Part shown: piece by piece, positions 8,226 to 17,933 of the stretch
Position numbering within the stretch: the stretch's first letter is position 1
How the letters are laid out: the number at the start of each line of letters is the position of its first letter
Assembly: GCF_037189685.1 (NCBI RefSeq)
Contig: NZ_JBBCIT010000003.1
Span: forward strand, 106,014-170,013
DNA length: 64,000 nucleotides
Direction: 5' to 3'
From: Phenylobacterium sp.
Lineage (GTDB): Bacteria > Pseudomonadota > Alphaproteobacteria > Caulobacterales > Caulobacteraceae
Program-made: the position numbers and the translations under genes
Notes under the pieces: generated by a model
Told to the model about the DNA's origin: nothing
The model's database searches: none
What the model saw: the letters and a program-made list of their open reading frames with translations, nothing else

Positions 8226-10384
8226 CACCGCGGATCGTATCCCCAGGTCCAGGGCCGCCGGCCCCGATACGCCTGCGCCCAGGCGGCGCGCCAGCCCTGG
8301 CCCGTCCGCCAGAGCTCCACCGAGCCGCCGGCCAGGAAGTCGCGCTCGGTCAGCACAAGGCGTGCGCCGCAGCTCTCGGGCCGGACGTCGTTGCGCAGGA
8401 CCACGAGATCGGCGCCCGCGCACAGCTCCTCCAGCCGCCCCGCCTTCAGCGGCCGGCGCAGGTTCCAGGCCGCCGCCACCCGGACCGGGGCGTCCGCGCC
8501 CGGCGCACAGCTCCACTGGTCGCAGGTGAATCGCGCGTCCCGTTCCGCGTCGCTGACCAGCGGGGTCAGGCCGCGACGCCGGGCCCAGAGTTCGGCGCCG
8601 AAGAGCTTCACGTCCGGCCGCATCAGCACCGCCTCGCGGCCATCGCGCACCGCCACCGCGGCGCCGTCGGCGGCCACCCAGACGTCGGGCGGCGACGGGC
8701 GCGGCGCCCAGAGGATGGCTGTCGCGGCCAGCAGGCCCGTCCACCGGAGCGGACCCGCCCACAGGCAGACGAACAGCAGCCCCAGGAAGCTCACGGGCAG
8801 CACCCAGCCTGGGGCGCTCGGGATCACCGCCTGCGCCAGCGGCGCCGAGGCGGCGATCTCGGCGACCCGGTTCATCAGCGCGATGGACCAGCCCGCGACC
8901 TCGAGCGGCGCCTGTCCGAGCCCGAAGGGCGTCAGCGTCGCCCCCAGCGCCAGGCCGGGCATCATCAGGAAGGACGAAATCGGCGCCACCGCCAGGTTGG
9001 CGAACAGCCCCCAGGTGGCCACCCGGTTGAAATGCTGGATCGCGAACGGCCCGGTCGCCAGGCCGGCCACGAAGCTCACCGCCAGGCTGGCCGCGGTCCA
9101 GGTCGCCGCGGTCTGCGTCCAGCGGATCGGCCAGGGCACGTCGATCTCGCGCACAGGCCGCGGCCAGATCTCGGCCAGGGCCACCAGGGCGGCGGTGGCC
9201 GCGAACGACATCTGGAAGCCCGGACCCGTTATGGCCTCGGGTTGCAGGAGCAGGACCGCCATCGCCGCCAGCGCGAGGGCGTGAAGGCTGATCGCCTGCC
9301 GGTCGGCCAAGACGGCGAGGAACGCGACCGCGGCCGTGATGGCGGCGCGCTCCGCAGGCGGCGGCGCGCCCGAAAGGACCAGATAGCCGCCCACGGCGGC
9401 CAGCCCGACACAGGCGGCCACCTTCTTGCCGGGCGCCCTCAGCGCCAGCCACGGCCACGCGGCGACCAGGAGCCGGACCGCGGCGAAGACGAAGCCGCCG
9501 ACGATGGCCATGTGCAACCCGCTGATCGAGACGATGTGGGCCAGGCCGGAATCGCGCAGGTTCTCGACCTGCTCGTGTGGGATGAAGGCTTCGTGCCCCG
9601 TCGTCATCGCCGCCGCCAGGCCGCCCGTCTCCGCTCCCAGGGCCGCGACGATCTTCTCGGTAAGACTCCAGCGGACCGCGTTGATCCGCATGGTGAGGCC
9701 CAGCCGCCAGGGCGCCGGCGCCTCGGCTTCGACGGCGACCGGCGGGCGCAGGGCCAACCCTACGGCGCCGACGCTCCTGAAGTAGGCGTCGCGCGCGAAG
9801 TCGTAGGCGCCCGGGCTCGCCGGCGGCGGTGGCGGGTTGAGGATCGCGAACAGGCGCACCGCCTCGCCCGGACGCGGCAGCGGGGTTCCCGGGCGCAGGG
9901 TCACCCGCATCCGGATGGGAGTCGTCCGCGCGGGCCAGTCGCCGATCCGGACCGGCGCCAGCAGCAGCCGCGGGCCGCCCTGCCCCGGCGAGGCGATGTC
10001 GACCACCCAGGCCTCGACCCACTGCGGTTGGCCGCCGGCCCGGGCCACCGGCGCCTTAACGGCCTCGGCCCGGAGCTTGGCTGTCGAGAAGCCGCCCACG
10101 AAACAGGCCCCCAGCACCAGGGCGATCGTGACCAGCCGCGCCGGGCTCCATCGGGTCGCCACGAGCAGTCCCAGGACGACCGGCAGCAGCGCCCACGCCA
10201 CCCAGGCCTGGGGCTCGCGCAGAAGGGTGAAGTAGAGCGCGCACCCTCCGCCGAACGCGACGGGCGTCCAGAGCGTCCAGCGGTCGGCCTGGGCCCAGGC
10301 CTGCGCCCCCAGCCAGGCGCGCGCCGACGCCAGGGCGGGTTCCCGCCCGGCGCTATCCGCCGCCGCCGTTCCAAGCGCGTCCAA
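8225..10384 (-). CDS. comEC: ComEC/Rec2 family DNA internalisation channel protein
   Basis: C-terminal about 720 codons of ORF 8225..11608. Polytopic core with SGLAHIVSISGLHMAIVGG. The part of the ORF above about 10560 is antisense to gltX. There is no in-frame ATG near the 5' end, so TTG 10384 is proposed and the start is uncertain. Confidence 0.8.
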   Translation of the reverse strand: MDALGTAAADSAGREPALASARAWLGAQAWAQADRWTLWTPVAFGGGCALYFTLLREPQAWVAWALLPVVLGLLVATRWSPARLVTIALVLGACFVGGFSTAKLRAEAVKAPVARAGGQPQWVEAWVVDIASPGQGGPRLLLAPVRIGDWPARTTPIRMRVTLRPGTPLPRPGEAVRLFAILNPPPPPASPGAYDFARDAYFRSVGAVGLALRPPVAVEAEAPAPWRLGLTMRINAVRWSLTEKIVAALGAETGGLAAAMTTGHEAFIPHEQVENLRDSGLAHIVSISGLHMAIVGGFVFAAVRLLVAAWPWLALRAPGKKVAACVGLAAVGGYLVLSGAPPPAERAAITAAVAFLAVLADRQAISLHALALAAMAVLLLQPEAITGPGFQMSFAATAALVALAEIWPRPVREIDVPWPIRWTQTAATWTAASLAVSFVAGLATGPFAIQHFNRVATWGLFANLAVAPISSFLMMPGLALGATLTPFGLGQAPLEVAGWSIALMNRVAEIAASAPLAQAVIPSAPGWVLPVSFLGLLFVCLWAGPLRWTGLLAATAILWAPRPSPPDVWVAADGAAVAVRDGREAVLMRPDVKLFGAELWARRRGLTPLVSDAERDARFTCDQWSCAPGADAPVRVAAAWNLRRPLKAGRLEELCAGADLVVLRNDVRPESCGARLVLTERDFLAGGSVELWRTGQGWRAAWAQAYRGRRPWTWGYDPR

Positions 10385-10561
10385 GAGGTCCCCCCCGAGC
10401 CCGGCCTCAACCTTGCCGCGAAGACCCCGCCGACGCCAAGCCCGACGCCGCAGAACGCAGTCTCCGCGTCGTCGGAGAATGCGGCGGCGGGCGCCCCGGC
10501 GTTTCCTTTTCGGGACGTCATGGTAAGAGGCCGGCCCGCCCGCGAAGACCAGACTTGAGCC

Positions 10562-11983
10562 ATGTCCGCCCCTCTTGCAGCCCGCCCCGTCCGCACCCGG
10601 ATCGCGCCCTCGCCCACCGGCATGATGCACATCGGCACCGCGCGCGTGGCCCTCTTCAACTGGCTCTATGCCCGCCACACCGGCGGCCAGTTCCTGTTGC
10701 GGATAGAAGACACCGACCGCGAGCGGTCCACCGACGCGGCCGTGCAGGTCATCTTCGACGGCTTGGCCTGGCTGGGCCTGGAGCCGGACGAGGCGCCCGT
10801 GTTCCAGTTCGCCCGCGCCGACCGCCACCGCGCCGTCGTGGACGAGATGCTGACCCGTGGCGCCGCCTACCGGGACTACATGACCCCGGACGAGCTGGAG
10901 GCCGAGCGCGAGGCCGCCCGGGCCGAGGGCCGCGTGATCCGCTCGCCCTGGCGCGACCTGTCGCCGAACGACGCGCCCGACCGGCCCTTCGTCGTGCGGC
11001 TGAAGGCGCCACAGGCGGGCGAGACCATCGTGCATGACCAGGTGAAGGGGCCGATCCGGTTCGAGAACCGGACGCTGGACGACCTGATCCTGCTGCGCAC
11101 GGATGGCACGCCGACCTACAACCTGGCCGTCGTGGTCGACGACCACGACATGGGGATCACCCACGTGATCCGCGGCGACGACCACCTCAACAACGCCGCG
11201 CGTCAGACCCTGATCTACCAGGGTCTGGGATGGGAGGTTCCCGCCTGGGCGCACCTGCCGATGATCAACGGCCCTGACGGCAAGAAGCTCTCGAAACGAC
11301 ACGGCTCCCAGGCCGTGAGCGAGTTCGACGACATGGGCTATCTGCCCGAAGCCATGCGGAACTACCTGGCCAAGCTGGGCTGGGGGCACGGCGACGACGA
11401 GATCTTCTCGGACGCGCAGGCCATCGAGTGGTTCGACATCAAGGACGTGGTCAGCGCCCCGGCCCGCCTCGACTGGGACAAACTGAACCATCTCAACAAC
11501 CACTACATCCGTCAGGCCGACCCGCTCCGCCTGGCCGGCCTGGTGGTCGCGATCCTCGAGAGCCGGGACGTCGCGCTTCGCCCGGGTGACGAGGCCCTGA
11601 TCGCGCATGTCGTCCCGTTCGTGCGTGACGGGGCCAGGACCACGCTGGAACTGGCGGATGCGGTCGTCTTCGCCCTCAGGCCCCGCCCGCTGGAGCTGCC
11701 GGAAAAGACCCGCACGCAGTTGGCCGATCCCGAACTGGCCAGACGCATGGCGCGCCTGCGCACCGCCCTGGCCGGCGTGGAGGACTGGTCGGTTCCCCCT
11801 CTGGAGGCCGCGCTGCGGGCCTTCGGCGAGTCCGAAGGGGTAGGACTGGGCAAGTTCGGCCCGCTACTGCGCGCCATGCTCTCGGGCGGCGCGCCCGCGC
11901 CCGACCTGGCCGGAGCCATGACGGCGCTGGGCCGCGAGGAGAGTCTGGGCCGGATCGACGACGCGCTTTCTCTCGCTGCGTAA
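10562..11983 (+). CDS. gltX: glutamate--tRNA ligase
   Basis: RIAPSPTGMMHIGTAR (HIGH-type) and KLSKRHG (KMSKS) motifs. Confidence 0.95.
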   Translation: MSAPLAARPVRTRIAPSPTGMMHIGTARVALFNWLYARHTGGQFLLRIEDTDRERSTDAAVQVIFDGLAWLGLEPDEAPVFQFARADRHRAVVDEMLTRGAAYRDYMTPDELEAEREAARAEGRVIRSPWRDLSPNDAPDRPFVVRLKAPQAGETIVHDQVKGPIRFENRTLDDLILLRTDGTPTYNLAVVVDDHDMGITHVIRGDDHLNNAARQTLIYQGLGWEVPAWAHLPMINGPDGKKLSKRHGSQAVSEFDDMGYLPEAMRNYLAKLGWGHGDDEIFSDAQAIEWFDIKDVVSAPARLDWDKLNHLNNHYIRQADPLRLAGLVVAILESRDVALRPGDEALIAHVVPFVRDGARTTLELADAVVFALRPRPLELPEKTRTQLADPELARRMARLRTALAGVEDWSVPPLEAALRAFGESEGVGLGKFGPLLRAMLSGGAPAPDLAGAMTALGREESLGRIDDALSLAA

Positions 11984-12035
11984 AGCGCTATAAGCGCAAA
12001 CAATCGTTTTATCTCGCAACCGCGAAGGGGGTCCC

Positions 12036-13316
12036 ATGGGCGATACGGCGAAGTTCGAGATCGACGGGAAGTCGGTCGACCTGCCGGTTCTGAGGGGCAC
12101 GGACGGCCCGCCCGTTGTCGACATCCGCAAGCTGTACGGCGAGGCGGACGTCTTCACCTACGATCCGGGCTTCACGTCGACCGCTTCCTGCGAGAGCAAG
12201 ATCACCTTCATCGACGGCGACAAGGGCGTGCTGCTGCATCGCGGCTACCCGATCGACGAACTGGCCGAACAGTCGAGCTTCCTGGAGGTCTGCTACCTCC
12301 TGCTGCACGGCGAGCTGCCCACGGCGCCCCAGTTCGCCGAGTTCGACAAGAACATCACGTACCACACGATGGTGCACGAGCAGTTCGACCGCTTCTTCCA
12401 GGGCTTCCGTCGCGACGCCCACCCGATGGCGATCATGTGCGGCGCCGTCGGCGCGATGTCGGCGTTCTATCACGACAGCACCGACATCGACGATCCGGAG
12501 CAGCGGATGATCTCCGCGCACCGCCTGATCGCCAAGATGCCGACGATCGCGGCGCGGGCGTTCAAGTATTCGCGCGGCCAGCCGTTCGTCTATCCGCGCA
12601 ACGACCTCTCGTACGCCGAGAATTTCCTTCGCATGTGCTTCTCGGTGCCGGCCGAGGACTGGACGCCCAATCCGGTCCTGACCCGTGCCATGGACCGCAT
12701 CTTCATCCTGCACGCCGACCACGAGCAGAATGCGTCCACCTCGACGGTCCGTCTCGCCGGTTCGTCGGGCGCCAATCCGTTCGCCTGCATCGCCGCGGGC
12801 ATCGCCTCGCTGTGGGGGCCCAAGCACGGCGGCGCGAACGAAGAAGCGCTCAACATGCTGAAGGAGATCGGGACGGTCGAGAACATCCCCGAGTTCGTCC
12901 AGGGCGTGAAGAACCGCGAGCGCCTGCTGATGGGCTTCGGCCACCGGGTCTACAAGAACTACGATCCGCGCGCGACGGTCATGCAGACCACCTGCCACGA
13001 AGTTCTGGCCGCCGTGGGCCACCAGAATGACCCGCTGCTGAAGGTGGCGATGGAACTTGAGAAGATCGCCCTCAGCGACGAGTTCTTCATCCAGCGCAAG
13101 CTCTATCCGAACGTCGACTTCTACTCGGGCATCACGCTGCGCGCCCTGGGCTTCCCGCCCGAGATGTTCACGGTGCTGTTCGCCCTGGCCCGCACGGTCG
13201 GCTGGATCTCCCAGTGGAAGGAGATGATCGAGGACCCGTCCCAGAAGATCGGCCGGCCGCGCCAGATCTACACGGGCGCGCCGCTGCGCGGCTACACGGC
13301 GATCGACAAGCGCTAG
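12036..13316 (+). CDS. gltA: citrate synthase (type II)
   Basis: [25 protein letters not shown] and [14 protein letters not shown] motifs. Confidence 0.95.
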   Translation: MGDTAKFEIDGKSVDLPVLRGTDGPPVVDIRKLYGEADVFTYDPGFTSTASCESKITFIDGDKGVLLHRGYPIDELAEQSSFLEVCYLLLHGELPTAPQFAEFDKNITYHTMVHEQFDRFFQGFRRDAHPMAIMCGAVGAMSAFYHDSTDIDDPEQRMISAHRLIAKMPTIAARAFKYSRGQPFVYPRNDLSYAENFLRMCFSVPAEDWTPNPVLTRAMDRIFILHADHEQNASTSTVRLAGSSGANPFACIAAGIASLWGPKHGGANEEALNMLKEIGTVENIPEFVQGVKNRERLLMGFGHRVYKNYDPRATVMQTTCHEVLAAVGHQNDPLLKVAMELEKIALSDEFFIQRKLYPNVDFYSGITLRALGFPPEMFTVLFALARTVGWISQWKEMIEDPSQKIGRPRQIYTGAPLRGYTAIDKR

Positions 13317-13328
13317 GTCTCCAGGGTC

Positions 13329-13356
13329 GTCGGGTGAGCGCTGGCGCTCGCCCGAC
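13329..13356 (+). terminator. GC-rich hairpin immediately after gltA
   Basis: gtcgggtgagcg / cgctcgcccgac: 12-bp stem with one G-T wobble and a 4-nt loop, 13 nt after the gltA stop. No U-tract. Confidence 0.4.
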
Positions 13357-13374
13357 CGCCTCCCCATCACCGCC

Positions 13375-13426
13375 CCGTGTCATCAACAACGGGTGTGATC
13401 AAACACTCCGTGTCATCAAACAACGG
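13375..13426. repeat. direct repeat ccgtgtcatcaa(a)caacgg, two copies
   Basis: Copies at 13375-13392 and 13408-13426. Each contains tgtcatc, the same terminus that opens the adjacent hairpin element at 13427-13433. The stretch is AT-richer than its surroundings. Confidence 0.7.
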
Positions 13427-13428
13427 CT

Positions 13429-13586
13429 GTCATCCCGGTTTCGGCGAAGCCGAAGACCGGGACCCATCCCAGGGCCGTGCGTCGATGCCGCAGGATGCGC
13501 ATGACATCTGCGCCGCGCCCCTCCAGGGAGATCGACGCCTCGTTCGTTCGTGGGTCCCGGTCTTCGCTATGCGAAACCAGGATGAC
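13429..13586. repeat. MITE/REP-like inverted hairpin pair (element A), no coding capacity
   Basis: Left arm gtcat-cccggtttcggcgaagccgaagaccggg-accca (13429-13466). Right arm, inverted: tgggt-cccggtcttcgctatgcgaaaccagg-atgac (13551-13586). The 84-bp core has a nested inverted repeat gcgtcgat / atcgacgc (13479-13486 and 13531-13538). Confidence 0.8.
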
Positions 13587-14754
13587 ACCCTTTGCTTGTG
13601 ACGAGCTCCAGCACCGCGTCCGCCGCCGCCTCGCCCGGATCGGGCCCGCCGCGGCCCATCTTCAGCAACGCCGCCGACTGCCGTTCGACCTGACGGCGAC
13701 GCAGCTCGGCATCGTCCATCCTGAGGGTCGCCTCGCGCGCGAGCGCCGGGCCGTTGCAGTCGTCCTGGATCAGCTCCGGCGCGACGAAATCCTGGGCGGC
13801 GATGTTGAACAGCGTCACGTACTTCGTGCGGATGAGACGCTTCAGGATCGCGTGGGTCACGGGTCCCAGGCGATAGCCGACCACCACGGGGCAGCCGGCC
13901 AGCGCCAGTTCGGTGGTCACGGTGCCGGAACAGGCCAGGGCCACCGTCGCGGCCGTCATCGCGTCGCGCTTGGCGGCCTCGCCTTCCACCACATGGCATC
14001 CCTGCGGCCAGCCGGCCACCTGCGCCTTCACCGTTGCGGCGACCGTCGGCGCGGCCGGAACGACGACGTGCAGTCCGGGCCGCTCGGCCTTGAGGATGCG
14101 CACGGCGTCCTCGAAGGCCGGCAGCACGCGCTGGATTTCGGACGGGCGACTCCCCGGCGCCACGAGCAGGATCGGCTCATCAGGTCCCGCACCGACGCGT
14201 TCCCGCATCCGGGCCGGATCGGCGGCGCTGAAATCGAGGGCCAGAGTCGAATCGCCGACGAACACCGTCTCCAGGCCCTCGCGCTGGAAGGCCGGAGCGT
14301 CGAAGACGTGGATGGTGAGCAGAAGGTCGAAGGCCTCGGCGGTCGTCCTGGCCCGGCCAGGCCGCGAGGCCCAGACCTGCGGAGCCACATACTTCACCAG
14401 GGGCATGTCCGGCAGCCGTCGACGCAGCCGATGCGCCACGCGCAGGGTGAAGCCCCACGAGTCGATCAGGACGGCGATGTCGGGCCGCTCGCGCTCGGCC
14501 AGGGCCGCCGCCTCGTCGGCGCGCCGCACCACCCTGCGCCAGGCCATCAGGCCCTCCAGCAGGCCCAGGATCGACAGTTCGGAGATGTCGAAGGGACTCT
14601 CGACCCCCTCGGCCCGCATCCGCGCGCCGCCGACGCCGACCAGCCGCACGCCATCGCCCAGCCGCCCCTTCAGCGCCCGGGCCAGGTTCGCCCCGCGGTC
14701 GTCGCCCGAAGCCTCGGCGGCCACCAGCATGACCGTGAGCGGGCGGCCGCTCAT
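13567..14754 (-). CDS. lpxB: lipid-A-disaccharide synthase
   Basis: From ATG 14754 in ORF 13567..15441 (MSGRPLTVMLVAAEASGDDRGANL...). ATGA overlap with the lpxI stop. The last six codons and the stop lie inside element A. Confidence 0.92.
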   Translation of the reverse strand: MSGRPLTVMLVAAEASGDDRGANLARALKGRLGDGVRLVGVGGARMRAEGVESPFDISELSILGLLEGLMAWRRVVRRADEAAALAERERPDIAVLIDSWGFTLRVAHRLRRRLPDMPLVKYVAPQVWASRPGRARTTAEAFDLLLTIHVFDAPAFQREGLETVFVGDSTLALDFSAADPARMRERVGAGPDEPILLVAPGSRPSEIQRVLPAFEDAVRILKAERPGLHVVVPAAPTVAATVKAQVAGWPQGCHVVEGEAAKRDAMTAATVALACSGTVTTELALAGCPVVVGYRLGPVTHAILKRLIRTKYVTLFNIAAQDFVAPELIQDDCNGPALAREATLRMDDAELRRRQVERQSAALLKMGRGGPDPGEAAADAVLELVTSKGCHPGFA

Positions 14755-15608
14755 GCGCCGCCTGGCCCGCCGGCGGACGTATCGACGCCCAGGATGAAGA
14801 CGCCCAGTTCGTCGGCCCGCGCGATCACCGCATCCCGCTCCAGCACCAGCAGGCGGCCGGTTTCTCCCGCGATACCGGCCAGGCCGGCCCGCGCAACGCC
14901 CTCCACCGTGGCGACGCCGATGGTGGGCAGATCGACCCGCGTCTCCTGGATCGGTTTGGGCGCCTTGGCCAGCACACCCACGCCGGCGCCCGCCACGCCG
15001 CGCAGATGGGGCGGCAAGTTCGCCACGCGGGCCAGCATGGCGTCCGTGCCCTCCTGGGCCTCCACCGCCAGCACCAGGCCGCGGGCGACGACCGCCGCCT
15101 GACCGATGTCCAGCCGGCCGATCGCCCGTGCGGTGTCCAGGGCGCGCAGGGCGTCCGCCGTCGTCGCCTCGTCCGCCGGACGAAGTCGTCCCAGCGCGCC
15201 GCAGGGCAACGAGAGGTCCGCCATCACCTCGTGCGCGCCCTCCACCCGGAACCCCTCGCGTTCGAACTCGCCCACGAGCAGCCGCAGGAGCGCGTCGTCG
15301 CCCGCCCTGGCCGCCGCGACGGCGCGGGGGAGCACCGCCAGGCCGCGCAGGTCCGGGACCAGGCTCGCGAAGTCGGGGCGCGCCACGTTGCCGGCCAGGC
15401 AGACGGCGCGGCAGTCGGCCGCCTTCAGCGCCTTCATGCACCTGCCCAGTTCGGCCAGGCCCACGTCCGCGCCCGGATAGCCGGCGAGATCCTCGCCCGC
15501 GAACCCCTTCAGGCGCACGACGAAGATCGGGCGGCCTGAGCGCCGGCAGTGTTCGGCGATCTCCACCGGCAGCCCCCCGCCCCCGGCGATGAGGCCCAGC
15601 CGGTCCAT
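14751..15608 (-). CDS. lpxI: UDP-2,3-diacylglucosamine pyrophosphatase LpxI (DUF1009)
   Basis: From ATG 15608 in ORF 14751..15983: [18 protein letters not shown]... It sits between lpxA and lpxB, as is typical of alphaproteobacteria that lack lpxH. Confidence 0.85.
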   Translation of the reverse strand: MDRLGLIAGGGGLPVEIAEHCRRSGRPIFVVRLKGFAGEDLAGYPGADVGLAELGRCMKALKAADCRAVCLAGNVARPDFASLVPDLRGLAVLPRAVAAARAGDDALLRLLVGEFEREGFRVEGAHEVMADLSLPCGALGRLRPADEATTADALRALDTARAIGRLDIGQAAVVARGLVLAVEAQEGTDAMLARVANLPPHLRGVAGAGVGVLAKAPKPIQETRVDLPTIGVATVEGVARAGLAGIAGETGRLLVLERDAVIARADELGVFILGVDTSAGGPGGA

Positions 15609-16405
15609 CACACCTCGCGTTCGGGCAGGCAGAGCGGGCGGCTGGCGTCGGCGCGGATGAAGTCGATGATCTCCATCACCTCCGGCGAGCCGGCGTAGGT
15701 CTCGGCGGTGTCTTCCAGCCGCTCCTGGAAGGTGCCCTCGTTGGCGAACAGCAGGCGATAGGCGGCGCGCAAGGTGTTGATCGTGTCGCGATCGAACCCC
15801 CGGCGCTTCAGGCCCACCAGGTTCAGGCCCTCGAGGTGTGCGTGATTGCCCCAGACCGAGCCGTAGGGGATGACGTCCTTCACCACGGCGGCGAGGCCGC
15901 CGATCATCGCGTGGCGCCCGACCCGGCTGAATTGATGCACGGCCGCGAGGCCGCCGACGATGACATAGTCTCCGATCTGGCAATGCCCGCCCAAGGTCGC
16001 CTGCTTCGTCAGGATCACGTGATCGCCGACCTGGCAGTCGTGCCCCACGTGGGACTCGATCATGTAGAAGCCGTTGGACCCCACGCGTGTGACCCCGCCG
16101 CCGTTCGGCGTGCCCAGGTTCATGGTGGCGTGCTCGCGGATGACGTTGTCGTCACCGATCTCCAGCGCCGTGTCCTCCCCGCGATACGCCGTATGCTGGG
16201 GCGGCCCGCCCAGGACCGCGAAGGCCCCTATGGTGTTGCCCGCGCCGATCGTGGTGCGCCCCTCGACCACGACGTGGGAGGTGAGTTGCGTGCCGGCGCC
16301 GATGCGAACCTGGGGACCGATGACGCAGAACGGACCTATGCTGGCGCCGTCCGCCAGCACGGCGCCATCCCCGACGATGGCGGTGGGATGAACGTTTGCG
16401 GCCAA
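15608..16405 (-). CDS. lpxA: acyl-ACP--UDP-N-acetylglucosamine O-acyltransferase
   Basis: Hexapeptide-repeat protein ([26 protein letters not shown]...). TTG 16405 proposed as start, 4 nt after the fabZ stop. The stop overlaps the lpxI ATG by 1 nt. Confidence 0.9.
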   Translation of the reverse strand: MAANVHPTAIVGDGAVLADGASIGPFCVIGPQVRIGAGTQLTSHVVVEGRTTIGAGNTIGAFAVLGGPPQHTAYRGEDTALEIGDDNVIREHATMNLGTPNGGGVTRVGSNGFYMIESHVGHDCQVGDHVILTKQATLGGHCQIGDYVIVGGLAAVHQFSRVGRHAMIGGLAAVVKDVIPYGSVWGNHAHLEGLNLVGLKRRGFDRDTINTLRAAYRLLFANEGTFQERLEDTAETYAGSPEVMEIIDFIRADASRPLCLPEREV

Positions 16406-16409
16406 CGGA

Positions 16410-16880
16410 TCAGGTCTCCACCACCATGGCGGCGAACTCGCACTCGGCGGCGACCTTGTCGCCGACGAGGGCCTGGCCCGCGAACTTGAAGACATCGCCG
16501 CGATGGCGGACCACGCGGACCGGCATCCGGATCACGTCGCCCGGCCGCACCGGGGCGCGGAACCGGCAGTTGTCGGCGCTCATGAAGAAGATGGCCTTCC
16601 CGGCGGTGTCCACCTCGAGCGACTTCGACATCAGGACGGCGCCGGTCTGCGCCATCGCCTCGATCAGGAGCACGCCGGGCATGACGGGATAGTCCGGGAA
16701 ATGGCCCTGGAAGAAAGGCTCGTTCACCGTCACGCACTTGATGCCGACGATGGATTCCGACGGCTTGTACTCTTCGCACCGGTCCACCAGCAGCATCGGA
16801 AAGCGGTGCGGGATTCGCTGCAGGACCTCGGTGATGTCGATATCCGTGGGGCTGACCCCTGTCGGCGCCTTGCGTGTCAT
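16410..16880 (-). CDS. fabZ: 3-hydroxyacyl-ACP dehydratase
   Basis: [12 protein letters not shown] and [23 protein letters not shown] motifs. ATGA overlap with the lpxD stop. Confidence 0.95.
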   Translation of the reverse strand: MTRKAPTGVSPTDIDITEVLQRIPHRFPMLLVDRCEEYKPSESIVGIKCVTVNEPFFQGHFPDYPVMPGVLLIEAMAQTGAVLMSKSLEVDTAGKAIFFMSADNCRFRAPVRPGDVIRMPVRVVRHRGDVFKFAGQALVGDKVAAECEFAAMVVET

Positions 16881-17893
16881 GCGTTCTGCCCCCCTCGGCG
16901 GTTCGCCATGCGGGCGAGCCACGCCGTCTCCTTCAACCAGTGCCGGATCGGCCGCGCCGGCATGCCGCCCCAGGTCTCGCCCGCCGGAATGTCCTTCATG
17001 ACGCCCGCGGCGGCCCCCACGCGGGCGCCCGCGCCGATGGTCACATGGTCGGCGACCCCGGCCCGCCCGCCGAACTGGGCCCCGTCTCCGATGGCGACGC
17101 TGCCGGAGATGCCCGTGTGCGCGGCCATGACGCAGTTCCGCCCGACGCGGACGTTGTGGGCGATCTGCACCAGGTTGTCGATCTTGGTGTTCTCGCCGAT
17201 CACGGTGTCGTCGTAGGCGCCCCGGTCCACCGTCGTATTGGCGCCGATCGACACCCCGTCCTGGATGATCACCCGGCCGAGCTGGGGGATGTCGATCAAT
17301 CCCTTCGGTCCGGCCGTCGCCCCGAATCCGGGCTCGCCGATGCGCGCGCCCGCGAGGATCCGCACCCGATCGCCCACCAGGGCGAAGCCGATGGTGGCGC
17401 CGGGGCCGATGTCGCAGTCGCGGCCGATGGCGACCCCCGGGCCGATCACCGCATTGGCGCCGATGCGGGTGTCGCGGCCGATCTGCGCCGCCGGCCCCAC
17501 GACCGCGCCGGGGCCCAGGACCACGCCGGCTTCGAGTCGGGCGTCGGCGGCGACGCGCTCCCCTCCGCCTTCGCGCGGACGGTGCAGCCGCTGGGCGGCC
17601 AGCGCATAGGCCGCGTGCGGGTTGGCGACCGACAGCACGACACAACCCTCGGGCGCCAGCGCCTCCGACCCTGTCGGCAGGAAGCAAGCGCCCGCCCCCG
17701 CACCGGCCAGGGCGGAGGCATATTTGCGATCGGCCAGGAAGGTGATGCTGTCGGAGCCGGCATGAGCCAGCACGGCGACACGGCTCACCCGTCGCCCCGC
17801 AGCCTCGGGGCCCAGCGGAGCGGCGCCGGTCAGCCCGGCCAGCTCGCCGAGCGTGACCGGGCCCAGGTCTTCGAAGAAGCGCGGATCGGGCAT
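16877..17893 (-). CDS. lpxD: UDP-3-O-acylglucosamine N-acyltransferase
   Basis: ORF 16877..17986, with start taken at ATG 17893 (MPDPRFFEDLGPVTLGELA). Long left-handed beta-helix hexapeptide repeats. Confidence 0.92.
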   Translation of the reverse strand: MPDPRFFEDLGPVTLGELAGLTGAAPLGPEAAGRRVSRVAVLAHAGSDSITFLADRKYASALAGAGAGACFLPTGSEALAPEGCVVLSVANPHAAYALAAQRLHRPREGGGERVAADARLEAGVVLGPGAVVGPAAQIGRDTRIGANAVIGPGVAIGRDCDIGPGATIGFALVGDRVRILAGARIGEPGFGATAGPKGLIDIPQLGRVIIQDGVSIGANTTVDRGAYDDTVIGENTKIDNLVQIAHNVRVGRNCVMAAHTGISGSVAIGDGAQFGGRAGVADHVTIGAGARVGAAAGVMKDIPAGETWGGMPARPIRHWLKETAWLARMANRRGGQNA

Positions 17894-17933
17894 GACCTGT
17901 CTTCTAGGCGGACTCGCCCCGCGCGTCGCCCCG

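Noticed and set aside
10385-11608. N-terminal 400 codons of the 1127-aa ORF 8225..11608, which would make a giant ComEC.
   Set aside because: This portion is antisense to gltX, which is unmistakable, and has a shadow-frame composition. ComEC homology starts only near 10380.
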